DNA of 64,000 nt from the NCBI GenBank assembly GCA_947259415.1, contig CAMYMI010000007.1, positions 35,565-99,564 of the forward strand, read 5' to 3'. Made by a program: the position numbers and the translations under genes. This DNA is from an uncultured Ectothiorhodospiraceae bacterium (GTDB lineage Bacteria > Pseudomonadota > Gammaproteobacteria > UBA9214). Positions 40,360 through 49,414 of this stretch are shown one piece after another. Positions within the stretch are counted from its first letter, which is position 1; each line of letters opens with the position of its first letter. The notes under the pieces are model-generated. The model saw only the letters and a list, made by a program, of their open reading frames with translations. It did no database searches and was not told where the DNA came from.

Positions 40360-41379
40360 ATGAACGGCTATCTTGAAAACGGTCTTTCCAGGATACGCAA
40401 GATGTTGCGCCGATACCGGCCCCGTAGTCGGGTCGCTGGTCAACCAACGGCCGCTGCCCTGGATACCATCGAGCATGTTATTCAGAGTACCGATGAACGC
40501 ATACGCCTGGTCAATGGCTACAAGCACAGGCTGTTGGACGCCGTAACCACCACACTAGAGTACACCGGCTCAATCATCGACCAGTTCCCCACGGCCATCG
40601 AGGTCAGCAGCAATACCTTTGTTTCCAACCCCTATGTCAATGCCTTCTTCGCCAATATCGAGGAGCTGCAGTCGGTCTTCAGCCGCAGTCCCGAATTGAG
40701 GGATTTTATCGACGATTACCGGCATCACGACGTCAAGGATATCTGCGCGCTGTTGTGCATGCGTAAGGCCGAAAAGACAGCACTGGGGATGGAGTATGCC
40801 GGCAATACCATGAAAAGGGATGTGCGCCAGGTTGCCATCAATTTCTACGACCATCATGTCTATTCACCCGCGCCGACGGAGGCCGAAACACGCCAGGGAC
40901 TGAAAGACTGTCTGCTTGAAGGGTTAACCACGATGGCCCTCGAGCGTGTGGTGCAATTGCGCCTGTCACGACAAACGCTGGAAGACGAGCAACGCATCCT
41001 GCAGGCGAGATTGAGGTCCCAGCAGGCAGACAGCTGGGACAATCTTGACATGGAGAAGTCCCGGGAGAAACTCGGCCAGATTGAGGAGGCCATGAAGGAC
41101 ACACCACCCGCCTCCCCCATGGAAACCCTGAACGTGGTGGAAGAGGTCCTCAGTCACCCGGAGGAATTCGTCAGGCTGGAGATGATGTCACTGCGGGTTG
41201 ACAGGATGGGGATCAAGCGCAGCGAGGACTCCCCCGGGTCAAGCAACAAGCTGGATCTTATCGAGGTGACCATCGGCAAGGATGATCCCAGGGTTATTAC
41301 GCTGGCCAGGTTTCCCAGGAACGAGGTCCTGCCCCGTATCGATATCCATGAATGGACCCGCCAGCGCATGCGGGTCTAG
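40360..41379 (+). CDS. Hypothetical protein with central coiled coil
   Basis: 339-aa ORF with typical codon usage; no motif recognised. Confidence 0.7.
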   Translation: MNGYLENGLSRIRKMLRRYRPRSRVAGQPTAAALDTIEHVIQSTDERIRLVNGYKHRLLDAVTTTLEYTGSIIDQFPTAIEVSSNTFVSNPYVNAFFANIEELQSVFSRSPELRDFIDDYRHHDVKDICALLCMRKAEKTALGMEYAGNTMKRDVRQVAINFYDHHVYSPAPTEAETRQGLKDCLLEGLTTMALERVVQLRLSRQTLEDEQRILQARLRSQQADSWDNLDMEKSREKLGQIEEAMKDTPPASPMETLNVVEEVLSHPEEFVRLEMMSLRVDRMGIKRSEDSPGSSNKLDLIEVTIGKDDPRVITLARFPRNEVLPRIDIHEWTRQRMRV

Positions 41380-41449
41380 TCCAAGGTTGACTGGCCACCA
41401 CCCCAAGGAAGTCTGAGGCGGAGCAGAACGGCCCTGATTGCAGCCCCCT

Positions 41450-42337
41450 TCAGTCCTCCGGATATGCGACGGCATCCTGAAAGAACGGCAGGTACTCGGT
41501 CCAGTCGTTGACCGGACCGGCATGGAAAAACAGCACAATGCCGTTACGGTCGAGCACGTAGCTTGACGGGAAAATCCTGGCCAGCTCCCGGTCCGGCATC
41601 TTTTCGCCGGCAGCGGTCACCAGGAAGGCATCATCCTCCCCGCTGGCGCCGGAATCTGCCAGGGGCAACCCGGCGAATCCCTGTCGCTGCGCCCACTCAC
41701 GTGCATTGCTGATCGGTTCGCGCAGCTGCAACAGGACCAGGGCGACATCATCACCGGTCTTGTCCAGCAGGATACGGTGCAGGGTGTCCAGGGTGGGCAA
41801 TTCTCGCAGGCATGGTGGGCACCAGCTGCCCCAGAAATGCACCATCACGACCTTGCCGCGCAGGTCGGCAATTGACCGGGACCGTCCGTCCGCACTGGTG
41901 AAGGCGATGTTCGGGAATCGATCACCGACTTGCGTGCCCGTCGCGGCTGTCGCGGCCTGTTCAGCTGTCTTATAGGGCCCCCAGAGCTTGCCCCATGCCT
42001 CGCGCGCGAACTCCAGCGTGTCATCCACGGCATAAGGAATACAGCGCAGGGCCGTGTGCTTCTGGCATTCCTCCACAGCGACCTGGCGGGCCTCCTCGGC
42101 AGTGGCCCTCCCGGATGACCAGGCCCAGGCCCCGCCCGGTGCGATCGCGAATGCGCGGTGCCTGTCGGCCGACAGAAAGACCTGCTGATAGGTCGCACGC
42201 GCGCGTTCACCGACATGCGGGATGGCGTCCGCGTCATCAATTCCGGCAGCGCTGACGGTGTTACCCGGAATGAAAAACAGGCACGGCAGCAGGATAAAAA
42301 AGAGAGCCCGGATTAACGGACTCTCAGGTTTCGCCAT
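41450..42337 (-). CDS. TlpA-like thiol-disulfide oxidoreductase with extra N-terminal Cys domain
   Basis: Signal/TM segment, HRAFAIAPGGAWAW...C...C domain, HFWGSWCPPC; start uncertain. Confidence 0.8.
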   Translation of the reverse strand: MAKPESPLIRALFFILLPCLFFIPGNTVSAAGIDDADAIPHVGERARATYQQVFLSADRHRAFAIAPGGAWAWSSGRATAEEARQVAVEECQKHTALRCIPYAVDDTLEFAREAWGKLWGPYKTAEQAATAATGTQVGDRFPNIAFTSADGRSRSIADLRGKVVMVHFWGSWCPPCLRELPTLDTLHRILLDKTGDDVALVLLQLREPISNAREWAQRQGFAGLPLADSGASGEDDAFLVTAAGEKMPDRELARIFPSSYVLDRNGIVLFFHAGPVNDWTEYLPFFQDAVAYPED

Positions 42338-42388
42338 GATTGCTTGCCTTGTACCAGGCATTGCTGTTGTTATTCGGTTTATCCCGTG

Positions 42389-42982
42389 CTAATCGATCTC
42401 TTCCCAGCCGGTGATCATCGCCTTGATGTGCGACATCGGCTTGTGGCCGGTAGTGGCAAGATAGATGTGCGCAATGAAGAAGATCAGCATCATGAAGGCG
42501 CCGATGACGTGCGCGGTGGCCACCCACTCCAGGTTCAACCAGCCCAGGCCCCAGCTTTCCCATGACGTATAGAACAGGTACAGCAGCCCGGTGGCCCAGA
42601 TCAACGGGTTGATCATCAGTTTTACAAACAGGTAGGCCAGGCGCTGCAGAGGATTATGCTTGTGCAGCGTGGTCTGACGAAACGGATGCGGCGCATGGCT
42701 GAAGATACCCGTGAGGTAGTAACGCATCATCGCCTCCACCTTGTCCATGGTGGGCACGTACTGCTTCCATTCACCGGTGGTGAAATGCCAGAAGATGGCG
42801 AACACCCACAGGGTGATCAGCGCCCAGGCGGACAGGGTATGCAATTCCACGGCGCGTTCAAAACCCAGGTTGCTGTAGGTACCGTGGATTTCAAAACCCG
42901 TGATCATCATCACGATGATCAGCAGGGCCTGGGTCCAGTGCCAAAAGCGTTCGAAGCGTTTAAAGATGTATATTTTCTCCAT
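42389..42982 (-). CDS. Cytochrome b subunit (PhsC/HyaC-like)
   Basis: RFERFWHW, TGFEIHG, FWHFTTGEW, KHNPLQRLAY, HIYLATTG. Confidence 0.88.
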   Translation of the reverse strand: MEKIYIFKRFERFWHWTQALLIIVMMITGFEIHGTYSNLGFERAVELHTLSAWALITLWVFAIFWHFTTGEWKQYVPTMDKVEAMMRYYLTGIFSHAPHPFRQTTLHKHNPLQRLAYLFVKLMINPLIWATGLLYLFYTSWESWGLGWLNLEWVATAHVIGAFMMLIFFIAHIYLATTGHKPMSHIKAMITGWEEID

Positions 42983-42986
42983 TGTC

Positions 42987-44747
42987 TTAATCCTCTCTCT
43001 TGGCAAGGATGACACGGATACCACCGTGGATCAGGACACCAATCAGTGCCAGCAAGGCCACTCCAAAGCCAATCATGTCGAGGAGCGGCATCCTGTCACG
43101 CGCCGGCAGGTAGATGCCATCAATACCGGCCAGGCGGCCACCATCGGTATGACAGCTTTCACACGCCAGTGCATCCTCCTTCGGTGACACCATGTGGGTA
43201 ATCGGCCAGCTCATCTCGGTGGACACGAAGCCGAGCTCCCCGCTGTATTCGGAACCGGCGGTCCGCATACCCACTTCCATGGCCTTGTCCCAGTCGTAGT
43301 TACCCCAGAAGGCGGCATCATCTTTACCTGCGGTGTGCAGGACGGCCAGGGTCTGCAGGCCCTTGTCGTACATCTGTTTGCCACGGAACACGCGCACCGG
43401 CCAGATGCGGGCCTCCGGATCATCCGCGTCACCCTGGAACTCGTTGATCTTGACAACGCTGTCTTCACTGACCTTGTCACCGAACAGGGTGTAATTCACC
43501 TTGCCGTTGAACCACTGGTACTCGGGTACCACGTAACGGTCATAGGTGAAGTTGCCCTTCTTGCTGTCGTAGACGACCTTGCCCGCGCTGTTCTTGAGCT
43601 GGATACGGTGACCCTGCTCATCGAGCTTGCCGGCCGTGGACCAGTCCCAGCTCATCTTGGTCTGCAGCGTGCTGCGTGCATACGCCGGGATGTGGCAGGT
43701 CTGGCAGGCCAGCTTGCGGGTGTGGTCATTGAGCTTTGCCGCCTTGTCGGGATGCGGCGTATTGCCGTGACAGGCCACGCAGGTGGTGGGATTGCGCGGG
43801 TCCTGGCTGCCGGGTACCAGCACGCCCTTTTCGTCCGCCGCGGTCGGACCGTAGCGGCTGCCCGACACCTCGTGTTCATCGGTCACATGACATGTCGAGC
43901 AGGTGAAGTTCAGCCCCTTGCTGTCCATGTGCACATCAAGATAGCGCCCCGGATTCGTCAGCGAGCTGTCGAGGTCGCCGTGCTTGACGGCATCACCGCC
44001 ACCGCCATAGAAATGACAGGTACCGCAGGTCTTGCGGCTGGTCGGTCCGACATTCTGGGCGACCTGCTTCAGGTCGGTGGGCGGCCGGAACTTGCCTGAA
44101 TGCGGCGGCCACTCGATGGTTTCATAGTTGGGATGACCCGACAGCCCCGGAAGCTTCTTGTAGGTCCCGGTGGTGTCGTGGCAGACCAGACAGTCGACAT
44201 TGGCCTCGGCAGTGAAATCGAAGCTGTCATCTGCCCACCCGTAACCGATATGACAGGCCGAACAGAAGGTGTTATTTGACTTGACCGAGGTACAGAAGTT
44301 GTTGATGACGTGCTTCTTGCCCAGTTTCTGACCGGTATCCGGATTGATGTATTCCCAGCTCCAGTGCTTGGTCTTGTGGATCTGCTTGGCGGCTTCGGTG
44401 TGACATTTAAGACAGGCCTTGGTCACTTGCGGTCCTGACTTGAAGTCGATATCGAGTTCCTCGAACTTGGAGTGATCCGCGGTGGACTTGCTTTTCTCTT
44501 CCACCGGTTCCTCGACCGCGACCTGCTTCGGTGCCGGGACACTCTGTATACTTTCGGCTGCGGCCTTTTCGTCCTCACCGGCGACCTTGACCACAGCGCC
44601 TTCAATGGCCTGTTCTATTTCTGCAACCGCACCCTTCTCTGCTTCGGCCAGGGGTGTCGCCGTAGCAATGACCGGACTGGATACTGCCAGGGCCAGTGCG
44701 AATGCAATTCCCAGCACCGGAGCAATCACTCGATCTATGGTAAACAT
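42987..44747 (-). CDS. Octaheme c-type cytochrome, tetrathionate reductase (OTR) family
   Basis: Eight CxxCH motifs (CLKCH, CSACH, CLVCH, CGTCH, CSTCH, CVACH, CQTCH, CESCH), INNFC, GGGGDAVKHGDLD, signal peptide, C-terminal TM. Confidence 0.9.
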   Translation of the reverse strand: MFTIDRVIAPVLGIAFALALAVSSPVIATATPLAEAEKGAVAEIEQAIEGAVVKVAGEDEKAAAESIQSVPAPKQVAVEEPVEEKSKSTADHSKFEELDIDFKSGPQVTKACLKCHTEAAKQIHKTKHWSWEYINPDTGQKLGKKHVINNFCTSVKSNNTFCSACHIGYGWADDSFDFTAEANVDCLVCHDTTGTYKKLPGLSGHPNYETIEWPPHSGKFRPPTDLKQVAQNVGPTSRKTCGTCHFYGGGGDAVKHGDLDSSLTNPGRYLDVHMDSKGLNFTCSTCHVTDEHEVSGSRYGPTAADEKGVLVPGSQDPRNPTTCVACHGNTPHPDKAAKLNDHTRKLACQTCHIPAYARSTLQTKMSWDWSTAGKLDEQGHRIQLKNSAGKVVYDSKKGNFTYDRYVVPEYQWFNGKVNYTLFGDKVSEDSVVKINEFQGDADDPEARIWPVRVFRGKQMYDKGLQTLAVLHTAGKDDAAFWGNYDWDKAMEVGMRTAGSEYSGELGFVSTEMSWPITHMVSPKEDALACESCHTDGGRLAGIDGIYLPARDRMPLLDMIGFGVALLALIGVLIHGGIRVILAKRED

Positions 44748-44871
44748 GGCCTCTCTCCGCTGGAATGGATGAGCTAATGCTAAAAAATCGTTTACTACTA
44801 TACAAACAACCGACCGCTGGGCAGCGGCCACTAACGGCCGCTGCATCAGCAGGGTCAGATAAGCAGACCCC

Positions 44872-45417
44872 TCAGCATCCGCTGACTTCCGGTCCACCGG
44901 CGCCACCACCGCCCGGTTTCACCTTGATCAACGGCGGCGCCGGCTGGTTCGGATCGAACTTCAGGAACTCGGCCTGATCCTTGGCGACCTCGTTCATGAC
45001 AGCGGCCACCTTCTTGCCAAACAGCCTGCCCATCAGAGCGGAGTTCATGGTACCGATATAGGTCTTGCCATCATCCTTCTTGTAGACGGTAATGGTGCAC
45101 GGCATCATGATGGACAGGATGCGCGCCTGGTCATCAGCAAGCAGCACTCCCGAGTAGTCGGTACTGCAGGCCTCCACCAGCAGCACGGGCGGTACGTTCC
45201 TGCCCGAATTGGCAACGGCCTTGGACGGATCCCGCAACCCGGAAAGTGTCCATCCGCGGTGGCCCATCCTCTGGATATTGGCCTGAATCCGGGCGGCCGT
45301 CTCCTCGATACCGAACGGGCTCTCATGCTCGACCATCATGAAACTGCCAGCTGTGTTAAACCCGACGATTCCCAGCAGGGCGATGCCTGCGATAAATCCC
45401 ATAACTGCTTTCCACAT
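44872..45417 (-). CDS. DUF302-family protein with Gly-rich Cys-terminated tail
   Basis: N-terminal TM, ESPFG.EET, MMPC.I.VY.K.DGKTYI; ends GGGGAGGPEVSGC. Confidence 0.8.
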   Translation of the reverse strand: MWKAVMGFIAGIALLGIVGFNTAGSFMMVEHESPFGIEETAARIQANIQRMGHRGWTLSGLRDPSKAVANSGRNVPPVLLVEACSTDYSGVLLADDQARILSIMMPCTITVYKKDDGKTYIGTMNSALMGRLFGKKVAAVMNEVAKDQAEFLKFDPNQPAPPLIKVKPGGGGAGGPEVSGC

Positions 45418-45872
45418 GGCGAATCCTCCTGAAAATATCCATCTTAATCCGGGCCACTATGGCCATAACAAGATGTTAGCATATTTTTACATTATTATTT
45501 ACTTATTTTCTTTGATCCAGGACAAGAAAATTGCCATATCCTGGGCTTCTTGCGGGCTCAATGACGATTCCCGATGGCAAGCAGCAGCGTTCACTAACAT
45601 CCCGGGGGGGTGGGTACAGGCCTGCTTCCGGTACCGAGTGACCGGCATAATGACTCCTTACATCCCGGTGGCAGGATTATACCCCGACAGGACGCGACCG
45701 GACTGCCTGGACTGACTAAAAGTACCAATGTTCTCTCATTCATTGGTAAGCTTGCCGCTTGTTCTCATAGCTGTTCTGACGCCCGCACTGAATTCAGGCT
45801 GAACGTGATTACCGTGATTTTCCTCGCGCCCGGTTTTCCACAAACCCGGCTTTTTTTGGGAGGCCATAACTG

Positions 45873-46430
45873 ATGCTTGATGATCTGCATGTCCGGGATT
45901 TCTATATTCCCATCACCGACTATCCCCACGTTTCCGTTTCGGCCTCCATCTGCGACGCCATCCAAATGATGCACAACAGCCTGATCGAGGGCCACAAGTA
46001 CCGCACCATCCTGGTAACCGACGATGACCAGCACCTGCAGGGTTATCTCTCACTGCGTGACCTGACTCGGGCTATCGGACCGAAGTATCTCAGTAAAAAA
46101 GCACCCGATTACAAGGGACACCAGCCCTTCATGGGGATCAGCGAAGATTTCACCGCGTTGTCACTGATCTGGCAGGAAGGCTTCACCCTGAAGATCATGG
46201 AGGAGGCCAGGAAACCCGTATCCGATGTCCTGACGCTGATCAAGAACACGGTCAGCCTCAACGATCCCTTTGCCAAGTGCGCCTACCTGCTTCTGGTTGA
46301 GGACGTCCTGATTCTCCCGGTGGTGGATGATGACAAGGTCATCGGTGTGGTGCGACTGGTCGACATCTTCGAGCGTATCGCCGACACGATTTGCACCCAG
46401 AAAAAATTGCATGAGGCCTCCGGGGACTGA
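45873..46430 (+). CDS. CBS-domain protein
   Basis: Two CBS-like repeats (ILVTDD..HLQGYLSLRDL; LPVVDDDKVIGVVRLVDI). Confidence 0.82.
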   Translation: MLDDLHVRDFYIPITDYPHVSVSASICDAIQMMHNSLIEGHKYRTILVTDDDQHLQGYLSLRDLTRAIGPKYLSKKAPDYKGHQPFMGISEDFTALSLIWQEGFTLKIMEEARKPVSDVLTLIKNTVSLNDPFAKCAYLLLVEDVLILPVVDDDKVIGVVRLVDIFERIADTICTQKKLHEASGD

Positions 46431-46449
46431 TGTTCACAGGCAGATTCAG

Positions 46450-47925
46450 ATGAAAACGCCCCTACATTTTCGCAAGCCCGCACTGGAGCTTGATTTAAAG
46501 CGGATCTCCTTCATTGTGTTCGGTTTGGGCGCATTTATGGTCGTTTACCTGATAGACCCGCTGCCCGATGCCATCGACCCCGCAGGCGAGCACTTCCAGC
46601 TCACGCGTGAAGGCAAGGCCGCGATTGCCCTGTTTCTGCTGGCCGGGATCTGGTGGGTCTTCGAGGTGATCCCGATCGGGGTCACCAGCCTGGTCATCGG
46701 CGTGGTACAGGCCTTGTTCTTTATCCGCCCAGCCGAAGTGGCCTTCAAGGATTTCATGGACCCCTCGGTGATGTTCATCTTCGGCTCGCTGGTCATCGGC
46801 ATGGTGTTCACCAAGGTGGGACTGACCAAGCGCCTGGCTTACAAGATGCTGACGGTGGTCGGCGATCGCACCAGTATGATCTACCTGGGCTGCTTCGTCG
46901 TCACCGCCGCGCTGACCCACATCATGGCGCACACGGCGGTTGCCGCCACCATGTTCCCGATCCTGATGGCCATTTATTCCCTCTATGGAGAGGACGATGT
47001 GCCCTCGCGTTTCGGCAAGGGACTGTTCATCGGCATGGCCTTCGTGGCCGGGGCCGGCAGCATGATCACCCTGCTGGGTGCTGCGCGTGGTGCCGTGGCC
47101 ATCGGTTTCTACAATGATATCGTTGGTCAGCAGGTAACGTTTTTCGAATTGACCTATTTCATGTTCCCGATCGGCTGGTTGCTGGTGTTTCTGGTCTGGG
47201 GCCTGATCATGTTGTTGTTCAGGCCGGAAAAGGCGACCATACCGGGACTGAAGGAAAAGGCCAAGCGCCTCTACGAGGAAACCGGGTCCCTCTCCGGCCA
47301 GGAAATCTTCGTGGCAGTTGTCGTCCTCGGGGTGATCATCACCCTGTCACTCAAGTCGTTCATCCCGGCCATGTCCGAGGTCGACAAGACCTCCGTGGTG
47401 CTGGTCTCGACGGTCCTGTTTTTCATGTTCCGCATCCTCTCGCTGCAGGATCTCGAGCAGATCCCGTGGAATATTATCCTGCTGTTCGCCGGCGCCATGA
47501 GCATCGGCTTTTGTCTGTGGGAAACCGGCGCGGCAAAATGGATGGCGGTCAACTGGCTAGTCATGTTCCAGAATTCCAGCTGGTTCGTTTTCGTGATGGG
47601 CATCGCCTTTTTCATCATGCTGATGACCAACTTCATCATGAACGTGGCCGCAATCGCGATCTCCCTGCCGGTGGCACTGGTGATCGCACCCTACCTGGGT
47701 GTGGCGGAGGAAGTCGTACTGTTCGCTGCCCTCGCGGTGGCGGCCTGCCCCTACCTGCTGCTGGTCGGGGCCGCCCCCAACGCCATTGCCTACGACTCGA
47801 AACAGTTCACCGCGGCCCAGTTTTTCAAGGCGGGCATACCGGGTAGCTTGCTGCTGATGGCCGTTGTGGCCTTCGCTGTCGGCATCGTCTGGCCGCTGAT
47901 GGGGATGCCGGTCACTACGCTGTAG
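46450..47925 (+). CDS. SLC13/DASS family anion transporter
   Basis: WVFEVIPIGVT, GLTKRLA, HTAVAATMFPI, IPWNIILLFAGA, TNFIMNVAA, GAAPNAIAY. Confidence 0.9.
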   Translation: MKTPLHFRKPALELDLKRISFIVFGLGAFMVVYLIDPLPDAIDPAGEHFQLTREGKAAIALFLLAGIWWVFEVIPIGVTSLVIGVVQALFFIRPAEVAFKDFMDPSVMFIFGSLVIGMVFTKVGLTKRLAYKMLTVVGDRTSMIYLGCFVVTAALTHIMAHTAVAATMFPILMAIYSLYGEDDVPSRFGKGLFIGMAFVAGAGSMITLLGAARGAVAIGFYNDIVGQQVTFFELTYFMFPIGWLLVFLVWGLIMLLFRPEKATIPGLKEKAKRLYEETGSLSGQEIFVAVVVLGVIITLSLKSFIPAMSEVDKTSVVLVSTVLFFMFRILSLQDLEQIPWNIILLFAGAMSIGFCLWETGAAKWMAVNWLVMFQNSSWFVFVMGIAFFIMLMTNFIMNVAAIAISLPVALVIAPYLGVAEEVVLFAALAVAACPYLLLVGAAPNAIAYDSKQFTAAQFFKAGIPGSLLLMAVVAFAVGIVWPLMGMPVTTL

Positions 47926-47961
47926 GCCTTGTCACACCGCTATCCAGCGGACGCATACCCG

Positions 47962-47998
47962 AAAACAAAACGGCCGGCGCGGTAATCCGCGCCGGCCG
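47962..47998 (-). terminator. Rho-independent terminator
   Basis: CGGCCGGCGCGG-ATTA-CCGCGCCGGCCG followed by TTTTGTTTT on the minus strand. Confidence 0.8.
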
Positions 47999-48039
47999 CC
48001 TGCTGTGAACTTCAATGAGCGTTTACGAAGGAGTTGGCA

Positions 48040-48270
48040 CTATTCCTCGTGCACGTCCTTATGCTGGCCGTCACCCGGGCCCATCGCCTGGGGGTTGTCC
48101 AGGTTGTGCTCGAAGTCTTCGCCGGGGTGTTCCACCGGGATATCCTGAAACTCCGCCTTGCTCGCTTCGGATTCGAAGTAGATCTTGAGGTCACCATCAA
48201 TGATGTACGGTGCATTCTCGAGATCTGTCACTTCATTGCCGGTGATCGGATCGGTTGTTTCAACAATCAT
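48040..48270 (-). CDS. Small acidic YHS-like protein
   Basis: TDPITG...IYFESE pattern without the YHS cysteines; GAGGGAGG RBS. Confidence 0.65.
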   Translation of the reverse strand: MIVETTDPITGNEVTDLENAPYIIDGDLKIYFESEASKAEFQDIPVEHPGEDFEHNLDNPQAMGPGDGQHKDVHEE

Positions 48271-48364
48271 TGCATGCCCTCCCTCATTATTTACAATATT
48301 TACAATGGCTTTATATAATCATTAGGTAGCTCTGAAACGCTAGCAAATCGAAAACCCAAAAAAA

Positions 48365-48378
48365 TTGACCTAGGTCAA
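48365..48378. promoter_or_regulatory. Palindromic FNR-type box
   Basis: TTGACCTAGGTCAA; TAGCGT 22 nt downstream on the minus strand. Confidence 0.72.
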
Positions 48379-48526
48379 AAAAGCGCTCCTTATTGCAGGT
48401 CCCGCAAGCTGACAGCCGCCGCCCGCGGGCACCTCACCGCTGCGTCCACTAGCTCCTGCAGGTCTGAGACTAATGGCAGCAACATTCTGTTATTATAGCG
48501 GTGAAAACAAGAGGGAGGGGAGATTC

Positions 48527-49294
48527 ATGAAAACAACAAGTTTCGACCACTTCCAGCAGCAGCCAATCGGCTGTCGGGCACTCTACACCATGACCCTCCT
48601 GGTCCTGGGAACAGGCTACCTGTTCGCCATGATCCAGACCTTTCATGTCCACTCTGGCCGTGACGGAAAACCGGGCTTGTCACACACCGACATTCAGATT
48701 GCCTACAGCGGCTCCCAGTCGGATACCCGTCTGGAGGCCGCTCTCAAAGGCTCGATGTCGGGGATGATCAGATCGGAGGATGCCGCGGTGATCAGTGGTT
48801 GGGTCCGCGGTGGTGCCAAGATGGAAAAGTTCCAGCAGCAGGTGGAACCATTGCTACAGGCCCACTGTTCCAGCTGCCATGGCACGGACTCGCAAATGCG
48901 CCTGGCCAACCCGCACATACCGAACCTGGGCACCTATGCTGATGTCATGAAGATGGTCCAGCTCGATACGGGAGCGGACGTCTTCACCATGGTCCGCGTC
49001 TCCCATATCCACCTGTTCGGGATGACCTTCATCTTCTTCATCATGGGCACGATCTTCCTCCATGTACAGATGAAAGCTATCTGGTTGAAGTGCCTCATCC
49101 TCATTACACCGTTTGTTGCCATCATCGTTGACATCATGTCCTGGTATTTGACCAAGTTGTACCAGCCGTTCGCCTGGGTGGTCTATTTCAGCGGAGTCTT
49201 GATGGCGATGGCATTCACCGTCCAGTGGTTTATGTCGATGTACCAGCTGTGGTTTTTCAAGTTGCCCCCGGAGCAAGCGGAAACCGGGGATTAG
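48527..49294 (+). CDS. Membrane protein with a single c-heme motif
   Basis: N-terminal TM, CSSCH, SHIHLFGM, three C-terminal TMs. Confidence 0.75.
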   Translation: MKTTSFDHFQQQPIGCRALYTMTLLVLGTGYLFAMIQTFHVHSGRDGKPGLSHTDIQIAYSGSQSDTRLEAALKGSMSGMIRSEDAAVISGWVRGGAKMEKFQQQVEPLLQAHCSSCHGTDSQMRLANPHIPNLGTYADVMKMVQLDTGADVFTMVRVSHIHLFGMTFIFFIMGTIFLHVQMKAIWLKCLILITPFVAIIVDIMSWYLTKLYQPFAWVVYFSGVLMAMAFTVQWFMSMYQLWFFKLPPEQAETGD

Positions 49295-49414
49295 CGTGTG
49301 CCAACCACACCTTTGCAAGGCGGTTGAACCGAGACAGCCACGCTGAAATCTGGTTATCCGAATCAAGTTGGTGTAACGTTAACGCGCATAGAAACAGTCA
49401 TCAGGGAGAATGAA

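Noticed and set aside
44845-44880. Gly-Cys-UGA-Gly followed by a small hairpin, suggesting selenocysteine readthrough
   Set aside because: Readthrough would add ~90 implausible codons overlapping the octaheme gene out of frame; hairpin is not a convincing SECIS; no Sec machinery in the window
48400-48482. Partial resemblance to a c-di-GMP-I riboswitch (GGTCTGAG...ATGGCAGC)
   Set aside because: No P2 GNRA tetraloop or P1 pairing found
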